Origin: Salpingoeca rosetta | Taxonomy: Eukaryota > Protista > Choanoflagellata | Assembly (NCBI GenBank): GCA_033442325.1 | Contig: JAWQFM010000010.1 | Location: 817,727 to 881,726 of the forward strand | Length of the DNA stretch: 64,000 nucleotides | Direction: 5' to 3' | Shown: positions 12,901-24,883 of the stretch, one piece after another | Numbering within the stretch: the first letter of the stretch is position 1 | How the letters are laid out: every line of letters begins with the position of its first letter | Made by a program: the position numbers and the translations under genes | The notes under the pieces: model-generated | Databases searched by the model: none | What the model was told of the DNA's origin: nothing | What the model saw: the letters and a program-made list of their open reading frames with translations, nothing else

Positions 12901-15900
12901 TGCCATTCCACGTGCCCGACCGCACAGGCTCGTCAAACACCAGATACACCTCTGCGTCATCAAGGTCAAGGCCAAACCGCATCAGCCGTGGCGCAGTCAC
13001 ATCTGCGCGCACCTCTGCTGCCGCTTGCCGCGTCTCACTGACCCCGTTGCCAAACGTGTCGAGCACAGCCCCACTTGCGAGCCCAATAAACGTGTTGCTG
13101 GTGCTGGTCGCCACATCGTCAGATGCCTTGAGCGCATCCACTGTCGCCTTGTCCACAGAAATAACCACCATCTGCGTTGGCAGGGCGCTCTGAACCACCG
13201 TGCTCGCAGCGAGCTCGCCCACAGCAACACCGGCGCCAGGCACCACAGGCCCGACCGCTGCTGCAGAGGTGCTGCTCACACGCACCCGATCCAGTCGCAC
13301 ACTACCCGTCAGCACAGGCTCATCAAACTCGAGGGTCACCGTGGACGTGTTCATATCCAGCGTGAATCGCTCCAGGGATGGCGCAGCGCTATCTGCCGTA
13401 AACACAGCACACCCAAGTGTTCCGGCATGGGACGGGTTGCCGTTCAGGTCCTCCACAAAGCCAGCACCGACGCTCACCGCGCTGGTGTTGACCGATGTCC
13501 ACACGCCAACCTCCGTCTTGAGCACGTTCAGGTCTGCCGTGCTCAGCGCAATCGTCAGCCACATGCCCGTGCTGTTTGCTGCCTTGCTCGATTCAAGCTG
13601 CAGCAGGCCCGTGCCAACACCAACAGGGACTACCGCGTATCCTGCAGCTGCCACGGCCTCGGCTTGGCTGGCCGTGGTCGCGTCGCCGCTGTGCGCCACG
13701 AGCAGGCTCAGGTTCACGCTGCGGCCGTACGCGGGCTCGTCCAGTCGCAGCTGCAGCTCCCCGTTCATGTCCAGCCGGCACTCCTCGATGCTGGGGCGCG
13801 ACGTATCAAACACAATCCGGTCAACCGTCACGTTTGCGGCGGCAAAGTCGTTGTCGTTGTGGTCCACAACAAAGCCCTCCGGCAATCCCACGCGCACGTC
13901 GCTGCTGTCCGGCAGCCTCCCCAACACCTCCACTGCCCGGTTGAAGTCCGTGTCATACAGCGGCATCGTCACCGTTCGTCCGTCGCTGCCGATGGTGGCG
14001 CTGCTCGGCTCCAGCACATCGTACTTGCCCGTCGCAGTGCTCATAATTCCCACCTTCAGCTGGCTCCCAGTAATCGCCGTTGCGATTGTTTCGTCCAGCC
14101 TGATAGTGACATCCCGACTTTGCAAGTCAATTGTCACGTTTACGACGTTTGAAGCTTGTTCATCCTGGGTGTATGTGGTGATGGGCAGCGGTGTGGCAGT
14201 GCCGTTGATGGCGTTGCCTTGCCAGTCATACACAGCGCCAGCCAGCAGGCGCACAAACGTGTCCGTACTCACAACGTCCACGTCAGCGGTGGTGCCAGCG
14301 ACAATACGCTGCACAATTGTCGGTGTTGCGAGTCCATCCGTCGCCTTGAGCGCATCAAGGTCGGCAGCACCAAGCACAATGTCCACAGCTGTCAGGCTCT
14401 GTCGCGTCACATCACCAGCAACGAGCTGGCGCGTGTGCTGCACTGCACCGCCATTGACACCATCAGCATCTTGCACGACAACGCGGGTCACATTCAAAGC
14501 AGCCGCCTGTACCGTTTCATCGAATGTCAGCTGCAGCAGCCCGCCGTTGACGCCGTGGTTCAGGCTCAGGCTGAAGCTCACCAGCGCCGGGGCACGCGTG
14601 TCGCTGACATACGTGTGTGCCTGCACGCTGTGGCTGTCCACAACGGCGTTGTCGCTGGTATCGGTGAGGGCGCCGGCCTCCACCAGCAGCCAGCTTGTGT
14701 CGCCGCTCAAGAGCAGCGGCGCCGCATCCTTGATGCTGTTCATGTCGGAGACGTCGAGGTGGATCACCGCCACCCGCGATGCACTCACGCCCTCAAAGTT
14801 GCCCAGTGCAGCCACGTCCGGCACAAGCTCCACGCGGCAGGCGCTGCTCAGCCTGTGCGATGCAAAGGCGGTGCTTGCAGCCTGCGTGCCGTTTGATTGC
14901 ACAACGAGACGGGTCACGTTGATGCTAGCGGTGAGGACGGGCTCGTCAAACGTCAGCGTGAGCTGCCCTTGCTGCATGTCGACCGCCAGGCCCACCAGCG
15001 CCGGCGCCACCGTGTCCCCAGCAAATGTGGAGGCGCGCAGGGCGCTTCCGTCCACAACGGGCTGCACGGGGTTGCCCTCCAGGTCAGCAAAGGCTGTGCT
15101 GGAGACGGTGAGGTAAGTGGTGTTGCGCGAGGTGGCCAGCTCGGGCCGCAGCTTGAGCGCTGCGAGATCGTCTGCGCCGAGCGACACGACAAGGCGGGTC
15201 AGGTTCACCACGCCTGCCGTGCTGCCAACAACAGATGCCGTCGGCGCGCGAAGTGCCACCGACCGGCTCGTGTCCAGGCGCCGCTTCGTTTGGAACTCCT
15301 GCAGTGTGATGTTCGTCACGTCGACGGTCATGCCATTGATCGGCTCCGACACGAGCAGTTCAAGTCTTGCCCTGTCCACATTGAGGGAAAATCCCGTGAT
15401 CACTGGCGAGACCGCGTCCTGCAACAGCCGCAACTGAACCACCTGGGCAGCATTTGCATTGCTCGCCGTATCGTTGAATGTGCCCGCGCTCAGGTTCAAT
15501 GAGACGGTATGACCGTTCAGCTGCGCAAGGGCAATCTCATACCCGGTTTCCCTAGTGAGTGAAAACTGTGTTGTTGTCTTGTTGACCCGAATTGGTAACG
15601 CGTTGCTCTCGACCGCAATGACTTGGCTTGAGTTCAACACAACAAACGTTGCCCTGGCAACTGCAATGCTGAGGAGGTCAATTGGCTCGTCCGTGGTGAT
15701 GATGAGGGTCTGGAAGTCTGAGAGATCGAATGTGGCCGCAAAGACCACTGGTGCACGGACGTCCTGCCCCACGACAGCCACCGACAGCGTGCGTGCTGGC
15801 ATTGGGCGTCCAAACGAGTCCTGCACGAAAGCTGCGGTTGTCTGAAGCTTCGGCACAGCGGCCCCCATCAGGTACAGCTTGACGAAGTTCAACGTGTCCA

Positions 15901-18900
15901 CACTCAGCTTCATCTTGACTGCGTGGGTGGACGTTGCTGAGACGACGACATCGCTGGCGGTGAGTTGTTTGCTGTATTGGCCGAGTTGGAGCGTCGCCTC
16001 CTCCTGCAGGACTGAGGTGAAGCCCAAGACATCTGTGCCTTCCACAATGAGGAACCCCGATGTCATGTTGAGGGTCGCACTGGTGAGGATGGGCACGGAC
16101 GTATCCGCAACAACGTCAATGCTGGTCAATGAAGTCGCAGCAAGTGCATTGCCAGCTGTGTCGTTTGCTGCTGCTCGTGGCAGCTGCAAGTCAAAACGAG
16201 CTGTCGTGTCGCCCTCTGCAAGGTCAAAGGCGGCCTTGATTTGGTGAACAGAGTCCTCAGTCCAAGCGTAGACAAGGGTCATGGAGAGCGCGTCCACGAC
16301 GGCCTCAAACTGCAATTGCAGGGGCAGCGACAAGGACTGATTTGACAGTGTTGCCGTGAATGTCTGTACGCCACGCACTGGCTCTGAGAAGACGAGCTGG
16401 AGCTTGTTGTTCTCGGCGTCGAGTGCTGCTGAGGCGGCGCGGGGAGGCAGCTGGTCTGCCTGGAATGGCACTGCCGCTATCACCGCAGGTTGAACGGCGG
16501 ACACGACCAGCTGGTTTGGCTGCGCCGCCATGTCCTGGACCAGGCCCTCAGGGGCGGCGATGAACGCCGTACTGGCGTCATCAAACAGAGCGGGCGTGGC
16601 CTTGAGTTCAAGCGCATCTTCTTGGCTGAGAACAACAGTCGCATCCAGGTACCCGGCGAAAACTTGGCCACCTGTGAGCGTGTAAGACGGGCACCCTAGG
16701 GAGGCGTTGCTGCAGCCAAGCAGCGTGAAGCCCGCGGCAAGGAAAGGCCGTACTGGCTCGTTAAACGACAGGCCGATGCGAAGGCTGGACATGTTGGCGG
16801 ATGCACTCAGCAAGACGGGCGGCACCACGTCTGGCACGAACAGGACGGGAAGCAAGGGTTCCGCCACAGTGGTTTCGCTGGGGTTGCCTGCAATGTCCAC
16901 GACGGCTCCATCCGTCAACACAACGTGGCAGTTGCCAGGCGTGGTGCAAAGCCCATCCTGGGCCTTGATGAGGTTCAAGTTGTCAGGGTCAAGGCTGACG
17001 TCGAGCACGAGGCCTTCGTCGCTGGCGGAGAAGTTGGCAGACACCACAGCACATGGGCAGTTGCCAAGGCTGTCCGTGACCAGGACCATGGTGAGGTTAT
17101 TGGCGCGCACGGGCTCGTCCGCCTGCAGGACCACGCTGCCGGAGGTCATGTTCCAGGTCAGCACTTCCAAGCCTCCGGGCGGCGTGGTATCTGGGGTGAT
17201 GGCTGAGACGGTGGCGTTTGTGGACAGGGGAAGCGCCAGTCCCGCCATGTCCTGGATGAGAGCAGACGGCAGAGCCGCGCCGGGGTCTGCAGAAACGAGT
17301 GTGCAGGGTGTGGCTGGCAACTGCGCACACGACCTGCTAAGCTTCAGCGCATGCAGGTCCGAGAGCGCCAGGGTCCACGCAATTGTGTCAAACGCAGGCT
17401 GAGCGACCACTCCTTCCAGCGCTGGTGCAAACTGCAGTGTTGCTGGCGAGGGCGCAAGTGATTGTGAAACGAGACGCAGGCCGCTCGGGTTGAAGGAGGT
17501 AAGGTTGACGCCTTCGCTGAACTGGACGCGAAGTTGGCCAGCGTTGATGTTGAGCGTCACGTTGAGGATGGCGGGAGCGGTGATGTCTGGGGACCAGGAC
17601 GCGACCGCAAGTGGGTCGTTGGCGGGAATATCGCGCATGATGTTGTTGGCAAAGTCGCGGCCAATGGGGATGGAGATGGCGGCCCGGACGTACTCGTGCT
17701 CCCAGCTGAGGTAGCAGGTGCTCACAGATGCGCAGATGCCAAGCGTGAGGGCGTCGAAGCGGTCTGCTTCCTCGAAGGAAACAACCAATGTGCGGCTGGA
17801 CGACTCGTTCACCAGAAGGCTTGCTGAATCGAGGACCTTCGTGTCTGCATCAACGGCGCCACTGGTAGGGCTCGCAAGCAGCCTGATGCGCGACGCCTGG
17901 ATGGTGCTGAGCTGCACAACCTCGGAGATGTTGAGGGTGATGCGGCGAGTGTCAAGGTCGAGTGTCCAGCTGGTCACGCGGGGAGCCGTTGCGTCGCCAA
18001 TGAAGACGCTGATGTTGAAGGGGCTGGGTGGGGAGATGATTTCAATCTCGTTGGAAGCAACATCTGCCACAAACTTGCCCGTGGAGAAGAGGAGGGCATT
18101 TGCTGCGCTGGTGGCGAGGGACGGTCGCGCTTTGATGACGTCTGTGTCGGGTCTTCCCAGGACGATCGACACGGTCTGGTTGTACCGGCTGGTGCTCTCG
18201 TGCCAAGGGTGGACGCGTGCTGCCCGCAGAGCGTACGTGAAGTTGTCGGATGGGTCCACGAGGCCGAGCAGTAGCGGCTGCATTGTGGAGATGTTGACAA
18301 CCTCGTTGAACGTCAGGTGAAGCATGGAGGCATCCATATCCAGCAGCGCCTCGGACACGCGGGGCGGCGTCAAATCAGCCGTCCAGTTTGCCACGCGAAT
18401 GGCATTTGCATCAAGCACGGGATTGCCAAACACGTCGGCAATGGCGTTATCTTCGAGCAGCAGGTGCGTGCTATTTGGGTCTTTGCCAAGGCGCCGCTTC
18501 AGCCGCAGATCTTGCACATCCTCTTCCGTCAGCTGCACCTCAATCTGATCCGAGTTGCTGTTGATTTCCCCCCCTGAAGCCATGTCCAGCCAGTGCACAT
18601 AAGAGATCATGGATGAGTGGTTGCATGGTTATGTGTTTGTGTTCGTGTTCGTGGTTGCGTGTGCGCACGTGTTCATGGTTGCGGTTGCGTGTTGAGAAAG
18701 CATGTGAGCTTCAGCACCCAAAGGTGCTGAGGTATGTTGAGAAATTGGGTGGGATGTGTGTTTTGGTGTGAAGCGCTGCAGCAAGCGAGGATACAGGACA
18801 TGGTAGGCTGGTTTCCAATAATGCATGTAGGTGTGTTGTGATGTGCACTTTTGTTGCTCGTGGGGCTGGCAAGCGAAGCTTGCAAGCAAACCAGCTGAGC

Positions 18901-21900
18901 AAGACACGTGTGCAGAAGTGGCTTACGTGGTGGGAGGACAAAGACGATTGTTTGTGTACTTGTGACGTCAATGGGTGATGATGCCGAGGCAAGGTCAAGG
19001 CTCAAAGTGAAGGTGCCCGGCTGATCCTGGGTGACGTTTGCAAACGCACGGCCGCGGTGCAGGGTGTATGGCGTGGAGGAGAGCAAAGCACCCGCCTGCG
19101 ACACCTTGAAGATGAAGGAGGTGTTTGCGCTCGTTGCCACGTTGTCGTACTGGTCGCGAGCCTGTACAGCGGCTTGGATGGTCCGGTTGACGAAACCGTC
19201 GGTGGGGTCGATAATGACGAGGCTGCGAACGCGACCGGGGGAAACAAGAGCTTGGCGTGGTGCTGAAACCGCAAAGCCAAGCGAGTTCTGCACGGAAAAC
19301 TGACGGATGCCTGGGGTCGGCGTGGTAAACACAGCGACGCCGCTGCCATTCTGGATGGTCACAGAGAGGGTCTGCTCCACCACCGTTCCGTCGGATGCCT
19401 CGAGGTTGACGACGCCCACGGTTGCCGCAAGGCCGCGTGCATTCGGCTGCTGGTTGCCGTGTTGGTCCAACGCGTCCACGCGCAGAACTGCGGCTTCGTC
19501 AACGGTGAAGTTGGCAACGGGGTTGAGCGAGATTGTGGTGACGGCACCGGGTGCAAGGGAGAACTGTGTGAGGGAGGACGGAAGACCACGCGAACTCCCT
19601 GTTGCACGGTACGCGCCAGCGGTGGTCAGCGACAGCTGAAACATGGCCTGGCCACCCATGGCTGTCAGCTGAGCCGAGGTGTTTTGCGGACCAAAGACGT
19701 CCAAGGCAAGTGTCCTGTTGAAGAAGTCAACCAAGTTGTCGTACGCGTCGAGTGCAGATACTACCACGTATGTGTCTCCATCTGCAACGGGTGTTCCCAT
19801 CACAGTTGTGCTCAACTGTGTCGCATTGCCTGCCATGTGCGTATGTGTGTGTGTTTGTTTGTATGTGGGATGAGCGGGTTCACGCGGCAGCGTTCACTTG
19901 GGGTTGCTGGTTCACGTGGGGTTTGTGTCCAAGGGCGCGCCGTTGGGATTCTCGCCACAAATGCATGCATGACAGGCGCGCGGCTTCGCAGGTACATGTG
20001 TCTTATGTCACATCGCGTGGAACACAGGTGATGTGCTTGTGTGGTGCAGCAAGAGTACGCACGACACACATACACACACAGGAAGGTTCACACTTCGTGT
20101 TGCAGCAATAGCGATGCCAATGACACCATACCTGGCTGGATAGTTACATCAATGGTGGCATCTAAGGAAGAGGCAAGACCAAAGGATGCAGCAATCTGGT
20201 AGGTGCCGGCCGTTGTGAGCACAAAGGTCGTTGCCTGCTGGCCGCTGTTGAGCAACAGAGACTGTGGAAGGACGGGAGCCACGACACTCGAGGTGGCGCT
20301 GAGCACAAACGCATCCGACGCATTGACAATGGTGTTGTTGAACTGGTCGACAGCGCGAGCGGCGACGTTTAGCGCGTTGCCTGCGACTGCCGTTGGTGCA
20401 GCGACCAACTCCGTCCTGTGCCACACATCTGCGGTAATTTGGATTTCAACGAGAGAACATCACAAGCTTGGCATGAGACTGCGTGATACATTGAAGCAAA
20501 GTACCAAGAGTACAAGGGTCAACAGTGTGTTACCCCACAGCTGCGCATCGGTCGTGCAACCCTCCATTCACGTAAGACTCAACAAACATACGCACAAGCA
20601 CACACGCACAAGCACACACGCACAAGCACACACGCGCACGGTGCATCACCTCGACTATCACCGCCATCATGCACCATTACACCATACACCACACACATTC
20701 CACTGGTGGAGGCCACTTCGCACACCACACACAACTGCAAAAGTGTTACTGCTACGGACCTGGCTTAACAGTCAGTGACTGCTGTCCAGCAGCCACAACG
20801 CCGCCGGGAAGCGTTTCGTCAAGAGTCACGGTGATCACCTCTGCTGCTGTGGGTGTTGCTGTTGCCGAACCAACGCCATTCACAAGCGTAACCGGCACGA
20901 CGAAGCTGCCCAGGCTGGCGCTGGCTACCTGGAGACTGACGGTGCTGTCGAGGATGGCGGTGTTCTCAAACTGATCTACAGCGCGGATGTCAGCTCTAAC
21001 GTCCTGTCCGGCAATCACTGTGCTTGGAACGCTCGAGAACTCAACACCGACAGGGCCGTCTGACGCAAGCCCATGCCCAAAGTGACGGTGATGACACCAA
21101 TGTGATGAGTCCAAGACGATGGTAGTGGGGTGGACATGCGCAGTTGTGTGTATTTGTGTACTTGTACAATTGTGTGTGTGCGTGTGTGCGTGTGTGTGCG
21201 AACACTTGCAACATTCGGTCATCACGTGCGACACGAGTAAAACATGGGGTTCCATGCCTTTGGTTCAACTCGAGAACTCAACTGCATACTATACAGCCGC
21301 TGCATACACAAGCAAACACACACGCACACGCACAAGCACACACACATACACACACACACACACACGAGAACCACACTTGGAATTCACACCTGCGACGAAG
21401 AGGATTGAGGTTGTGTTGGATGTGCTGATGCCGGTGTGCAGACGATCGAGAAATGACAGGGTGATTCGCTCAGCGACGTTGTCTCGGATTCGAATCGTGC
21501 CTTCGCCGGCAAAGACGCTCACATCGCCTTCGCCAGCGGCAGCACCATCCAGCGCAACGTACACGGTGGTGTCCAGTGGAAGCAGTTGGCCCGCTCGGTT
21601 CACAACGGCAATGTCAATTGCCTGACTGGTACCCACGACAGCTTGCGTGGGCCAAGACGAAAACTCAAAGTTGGCGTCGCGGTAAAACGTCACGACGAGG
21701 GAGTCCGTGGGCTGGCTTGAGACGTCGCCCGTGGTCAGCTGCACATCGATCGAGCACACCTGCGGCGTGTTGCTGTGGATGGTGATGTCCAGCACGCCCC
21801 CACCAAAAGAAGAGGTGGTGGTGGTTGTCAGCGTCGTGCAGTTGGTGTCGATGCTTGCACCTCGCGCCTCGTGCGTGGCTGCATTGCCAAAGGCATCAAA

Positions 21901-22060
21901 TGCGCGCACTGTCAGGAACACGTCGTCCCCTTCAACAGCATGATTGGAGAAGCGGCTCTTGACGTCATCCAACCCAAGGTCGTCAAATACGATGCTCTTC
22001 GTGGGCCCTGCAACCAAGCAATTGTGTTTGCGTGCGTGCGTGTGTGCGTGTGTGTGTGTG

Positions 22061-22124
<64 letters not shown>

Positions 22125-23286
22125 GTGNNNNNNNNNNNNNNNNNNNNNNNNNNNNNNNNNNNNNNNNNNNNNNNNNNNNNNNNNNNNNNNNNNNNNNNNN
22201 NNNNNNNNNNNNNNNNNNNNNNNNNNNGTGTGTGTGTGTGTGTGTGTGTGTGTCTGGCAGTGCTTCTGGCATCACCACCGTTGCCACCATCCTCCCGCCG
22301 CCTTGGTTTCGCACACACGACATTTACCTGGCGTGAATGTGATGAGCTGCACTGCGGGGCCCTGGATTGGTGCTGTGGCGATGACAAGGACTTGCACTGT
22401 CTCTGACACGGTCGTGACAATGGGTACGTCCCTTTCCCCGTTGGAGATTACTACGGAGGAGGGCATGCTCAATGAGGAGGCGTTGCTCCGAAGCGTGACG
22501 GTGAATGGATCTGCCACAAGGTTTCCGAGGTAGTCGATGCCTTGCAGGTGCAGTTGTTGCGTGGTGTTGACGATGGCGGTATCCGGGAGAGGCGACACAA
22601 TGATGGTGTCAAGCGGCGCTGGGAGCCACGTCAGCTCCAGCGTCGCGGTGTTCATGTCGAGGCCCGTACCGAAATCATCTCGCGCAAATACAGTGACGGT
22701 GCTCGAGGACAGCGTGCGCAGCAGCACTGTGGCCTGCCCAACTTGCAGCTGAACCGTCTGCGCCGTCGTGACATCGCCTGTGTCGTCGATGACGATGCTG
22801 CCGAAGAAGGTCCTGTCTCGATCGCCATTTGCATCGGCCGCAGTCACCGTGACGAGGATGTCCTCGCCTACTTCCGCCTCGTTGGAGATGGTGGTCAGAA
22901 GAATCGACGTGGCTGTGCACATGAAGGGAGGAGAAGGGAATGTGAAAAGTAAATGAGGGTTTGGCGATGGTGGTGCGTGCGTGTGTGTGTGTGTGTGTGG
23001 CATGTGGTGTGCATGTGCGTGTGCGTGTGCGTGTGCGTGCTTTGTGCGTGCTTTGTGCGTGCGTGCGTGCGTGCGTGCTTGTGTGCACATGCTTTTCTGT
23101 GCGCGCCTGTGTGTGGGTGCATGTCTGTGCGTGTGTTTGCGTGCAAAAGACACATGTGCATGGCGACAACTGAGCGAGCACAGAAATCACACCTGCTGCC
23201 GCATGGCTGGAGTGAGCAGCCAACGTCAACGTGAGGGATAACAGCAGAGTGTACGCTGCGAAGGCGCGCATGTGCATGTGCGCCAT
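1..23286 (-). CDS. Giant secreted/cell-surface repeat protein (>7,100 aa within window, 3' end beyond left edge): signal peptide, ~9 Ig-like modules, ~45 tandem bacterial-Ig-like repeats; probable adhesin or extracellular-matrix protein
   Basis: Exons assembled by hand from GT-AG junctions that keep frame: 23286-23193 (MAHMHMRAFAAYTLLLSLTLTLAAHSSHAAA, signal-peptide-like), 22912-22328, 22007-21390, 21059-20760, 20428-20132, 19829-18927, 18573-<1. The last exon reads RGEINSNSDQIEVQLTEEDVQDLRLKRRLG... at 18.5 kb and ...SLTAVDIVLGAADLDALKA at position 2 in the same frame. The ORF track lists no minus-strand ORF in this frame between 1 and 18.6 kb, which is consistent with no internal stop. The repeat motif D-x-x-x-P-x-L-x-x-F-x-L-D-M...L-x-L-T-F-x-E-P-V...D-L-x-x-L-K...D-x-x-G-N recurs about every 350-420 bp. 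Confidence 0.9.
3821..4744. repeat. Intragenic duplication A' (copy of 11390-12313, offset 7569 bp, in frame)
   Basis: The ORF track gives identical translations at 3981/11550 and 4276/11845. Only 2 differences seen (3827/11396 and 4604/12173), both synonymous. Confidence 0.95.
5150..5645 (-). other. CBM4/9/22-like (galactose-binding-domain fold) module inserted inside one repeat of the giant protein
   Basis: Translation VVMQNAGFESPGDDFAPANHWSF...ASLTQGLSWTVQAGVYAFEFY...GSWSQVYREFEV...MRITFSKNETGRVAIDNVQLRYY has the N-terminal NxGFE and C-terminal IDNV.L hallmarks of these beta-sandwich modules. Confidence 0.7.
11390..12313. repeat. Intragenic duplication A (partner of 3821-4744)
   Basis: Near-identical ~924 bp block, see A'. 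Confidence 0.95.
14341..15281. repeat. Intragenic duplication B (partner of 1-941)
   Basis: Near-identical block of at least 941 bp, see B'. Confidence 0.95.
22128..22227. other. Assembly gap (100 N) inside a (GT)n tract in intron 2 of the giant gene
   Basis: Run of n flanked by GT repeats. Confidence 0.99.
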
Positions 23287-23779
23287 GCTCTTAAAGGAAC
23301 TGCAATGCTGGAGGAAGAACGGTGGAGTTGGGTTGGCGGGTGGCGGCAAGAGATATGATGCCGTGCTTCCTTCGCACGAGCACAAGGTTCTTTTGTTGGG
23401 CGTGAAGCGCTGGGCTTGCACGCAGCGTGAACTCCTTTTCGGCCTTTCGTGCACTCTTGCTTCTTGACAATGTGTTGCAGTGTGTCAGGTTCAGCTTCAG
23501 TTGAAGAGGAGAGGGTCAGAATAGAATGTGTGATGCGAGGGGGAAGTACAGTGGCGGTGCTTGCTGCCAACGGTCCAGACACCAACAAGCCAGCGACAGG
23601 GAAGATGACTTGTTTGACCACACAACACAACAAACACACAACAACGACTAGCCAACCAAACAAGGGTGCTGCAGGGGTGAAAGCGTCGGGAAGTGTGATG
23701 AAAACTTGCGTGGACATTCCCACAAGAATTTGCGTCTATGACATGTCAAACTTGTTTTTTGCCTGCGGACGACCGGATG

Positions 23780-23844
<65 letters not shown>

Positions 23845-24079
23845 TGTGTGTGTGTGTGTATGTATGTGTGTGTGTGTGTGTGTTGATGGGGTAGCAAAAC
23901 AATGATGCTCGACCACAACTGCGTGTAGTCGCAGACGTGCTGTAGGCCTGAATTTGTGCCACGAAAGCTGCAAGGAGGATGGTGGCTGGGCTGCACACCG
24001 GCTAAAACGGGTTTAATAGCAAGAGTACAAGCAACATCCATCAGGCGACGACGATTGTACTATGGTCATCAAGTTGCGG

Positions 24080-24836
24080 TTAGGACGTGTCAGAGAATGA
24101 TGTTTCGTGCAAGAGAAACACGGTGGATGGAAGACGGTCGGGTGCTGGGGCCAGCAGCTTGATCGAATCGCGCTCCTCGTTGTAGCTTTCAATGACGACA
24201 AACCCACACAATGCACTGTACTTGATCTGATCAGAGTTTGCCGTCATCTCGCATCCCACCACAGAAACCACGTGCCGAAGCAGGTCTGCACAAATCAAAG
24301 GACCATGTGTTGAGTATTTTGTGTGTGTGTGTGTGTGTGTGCGTGCGTGTGTGCGTGCGTGCGTGCGTGTGTGTGCGTGCGTGTGTGCGTGCGTGCGTGT
24401 GTGTATGTGTGTGTGTGTGCGTGCGTGTGAGTGCGAATGAGACGTGGTGGAGCCAAGGCGGCAACGTGAAACAGAAGAAGCGCCCGCAACAGTAGCCCAC
24501 CCCTTGTCGACAAGCAATACATACGCCCAGTATCTATTGCATACACACACGCACAATGACAGACAGGCCAACAAACAAAACCACACGCGTGGCAAACGTA
24601 CCGACGGAGAACTTGAGGATGGGCTCAAGCTCGAGTTCGTGTTCGGTGCGCTTGGCGCCAATCGGCAAACAATCCAGTGGCACCTCCGGTGCTGCAGGGC
24701 GAATAACGCACATGGGCAGCAAACCCAGGGCAAGCGCAGCACAGACAGCATAGTCAGTGCTGTTTCAGCAGAGTCATGGCAGCGTGCAACCCATGGTAGC
24801 ACAACACCATTTACATCACAAACACACAAGTACACA

Positions 24837-24883
<47 letters not shown>

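Noticed and set aside
1-15281. The ~0.9 kb direct repeats as LTRs or transposon ends
   Set aside because: They are in-frame coding repeats, with no TG...CA ends, target-site duplications, RT/integrase or transposase between them.
6-18577. Many long plus-strand ORFs (e.g. 11642-14152, 836 aa; 13200-15116, 638 aa)
   Set aside because: Antisense shadows of the codon-biased minus-strand giant exon; their translations are Ser/Thr- or His/Arg-rich with no recognisable motifs.
23300-24070. Possible small gene between the giant gene and CLP1
   Set aside because: ORFs show no recognisable motifs or codon bias; more likely 5' UTR/promoter of the giant gene and 3' UTR of CLP1.
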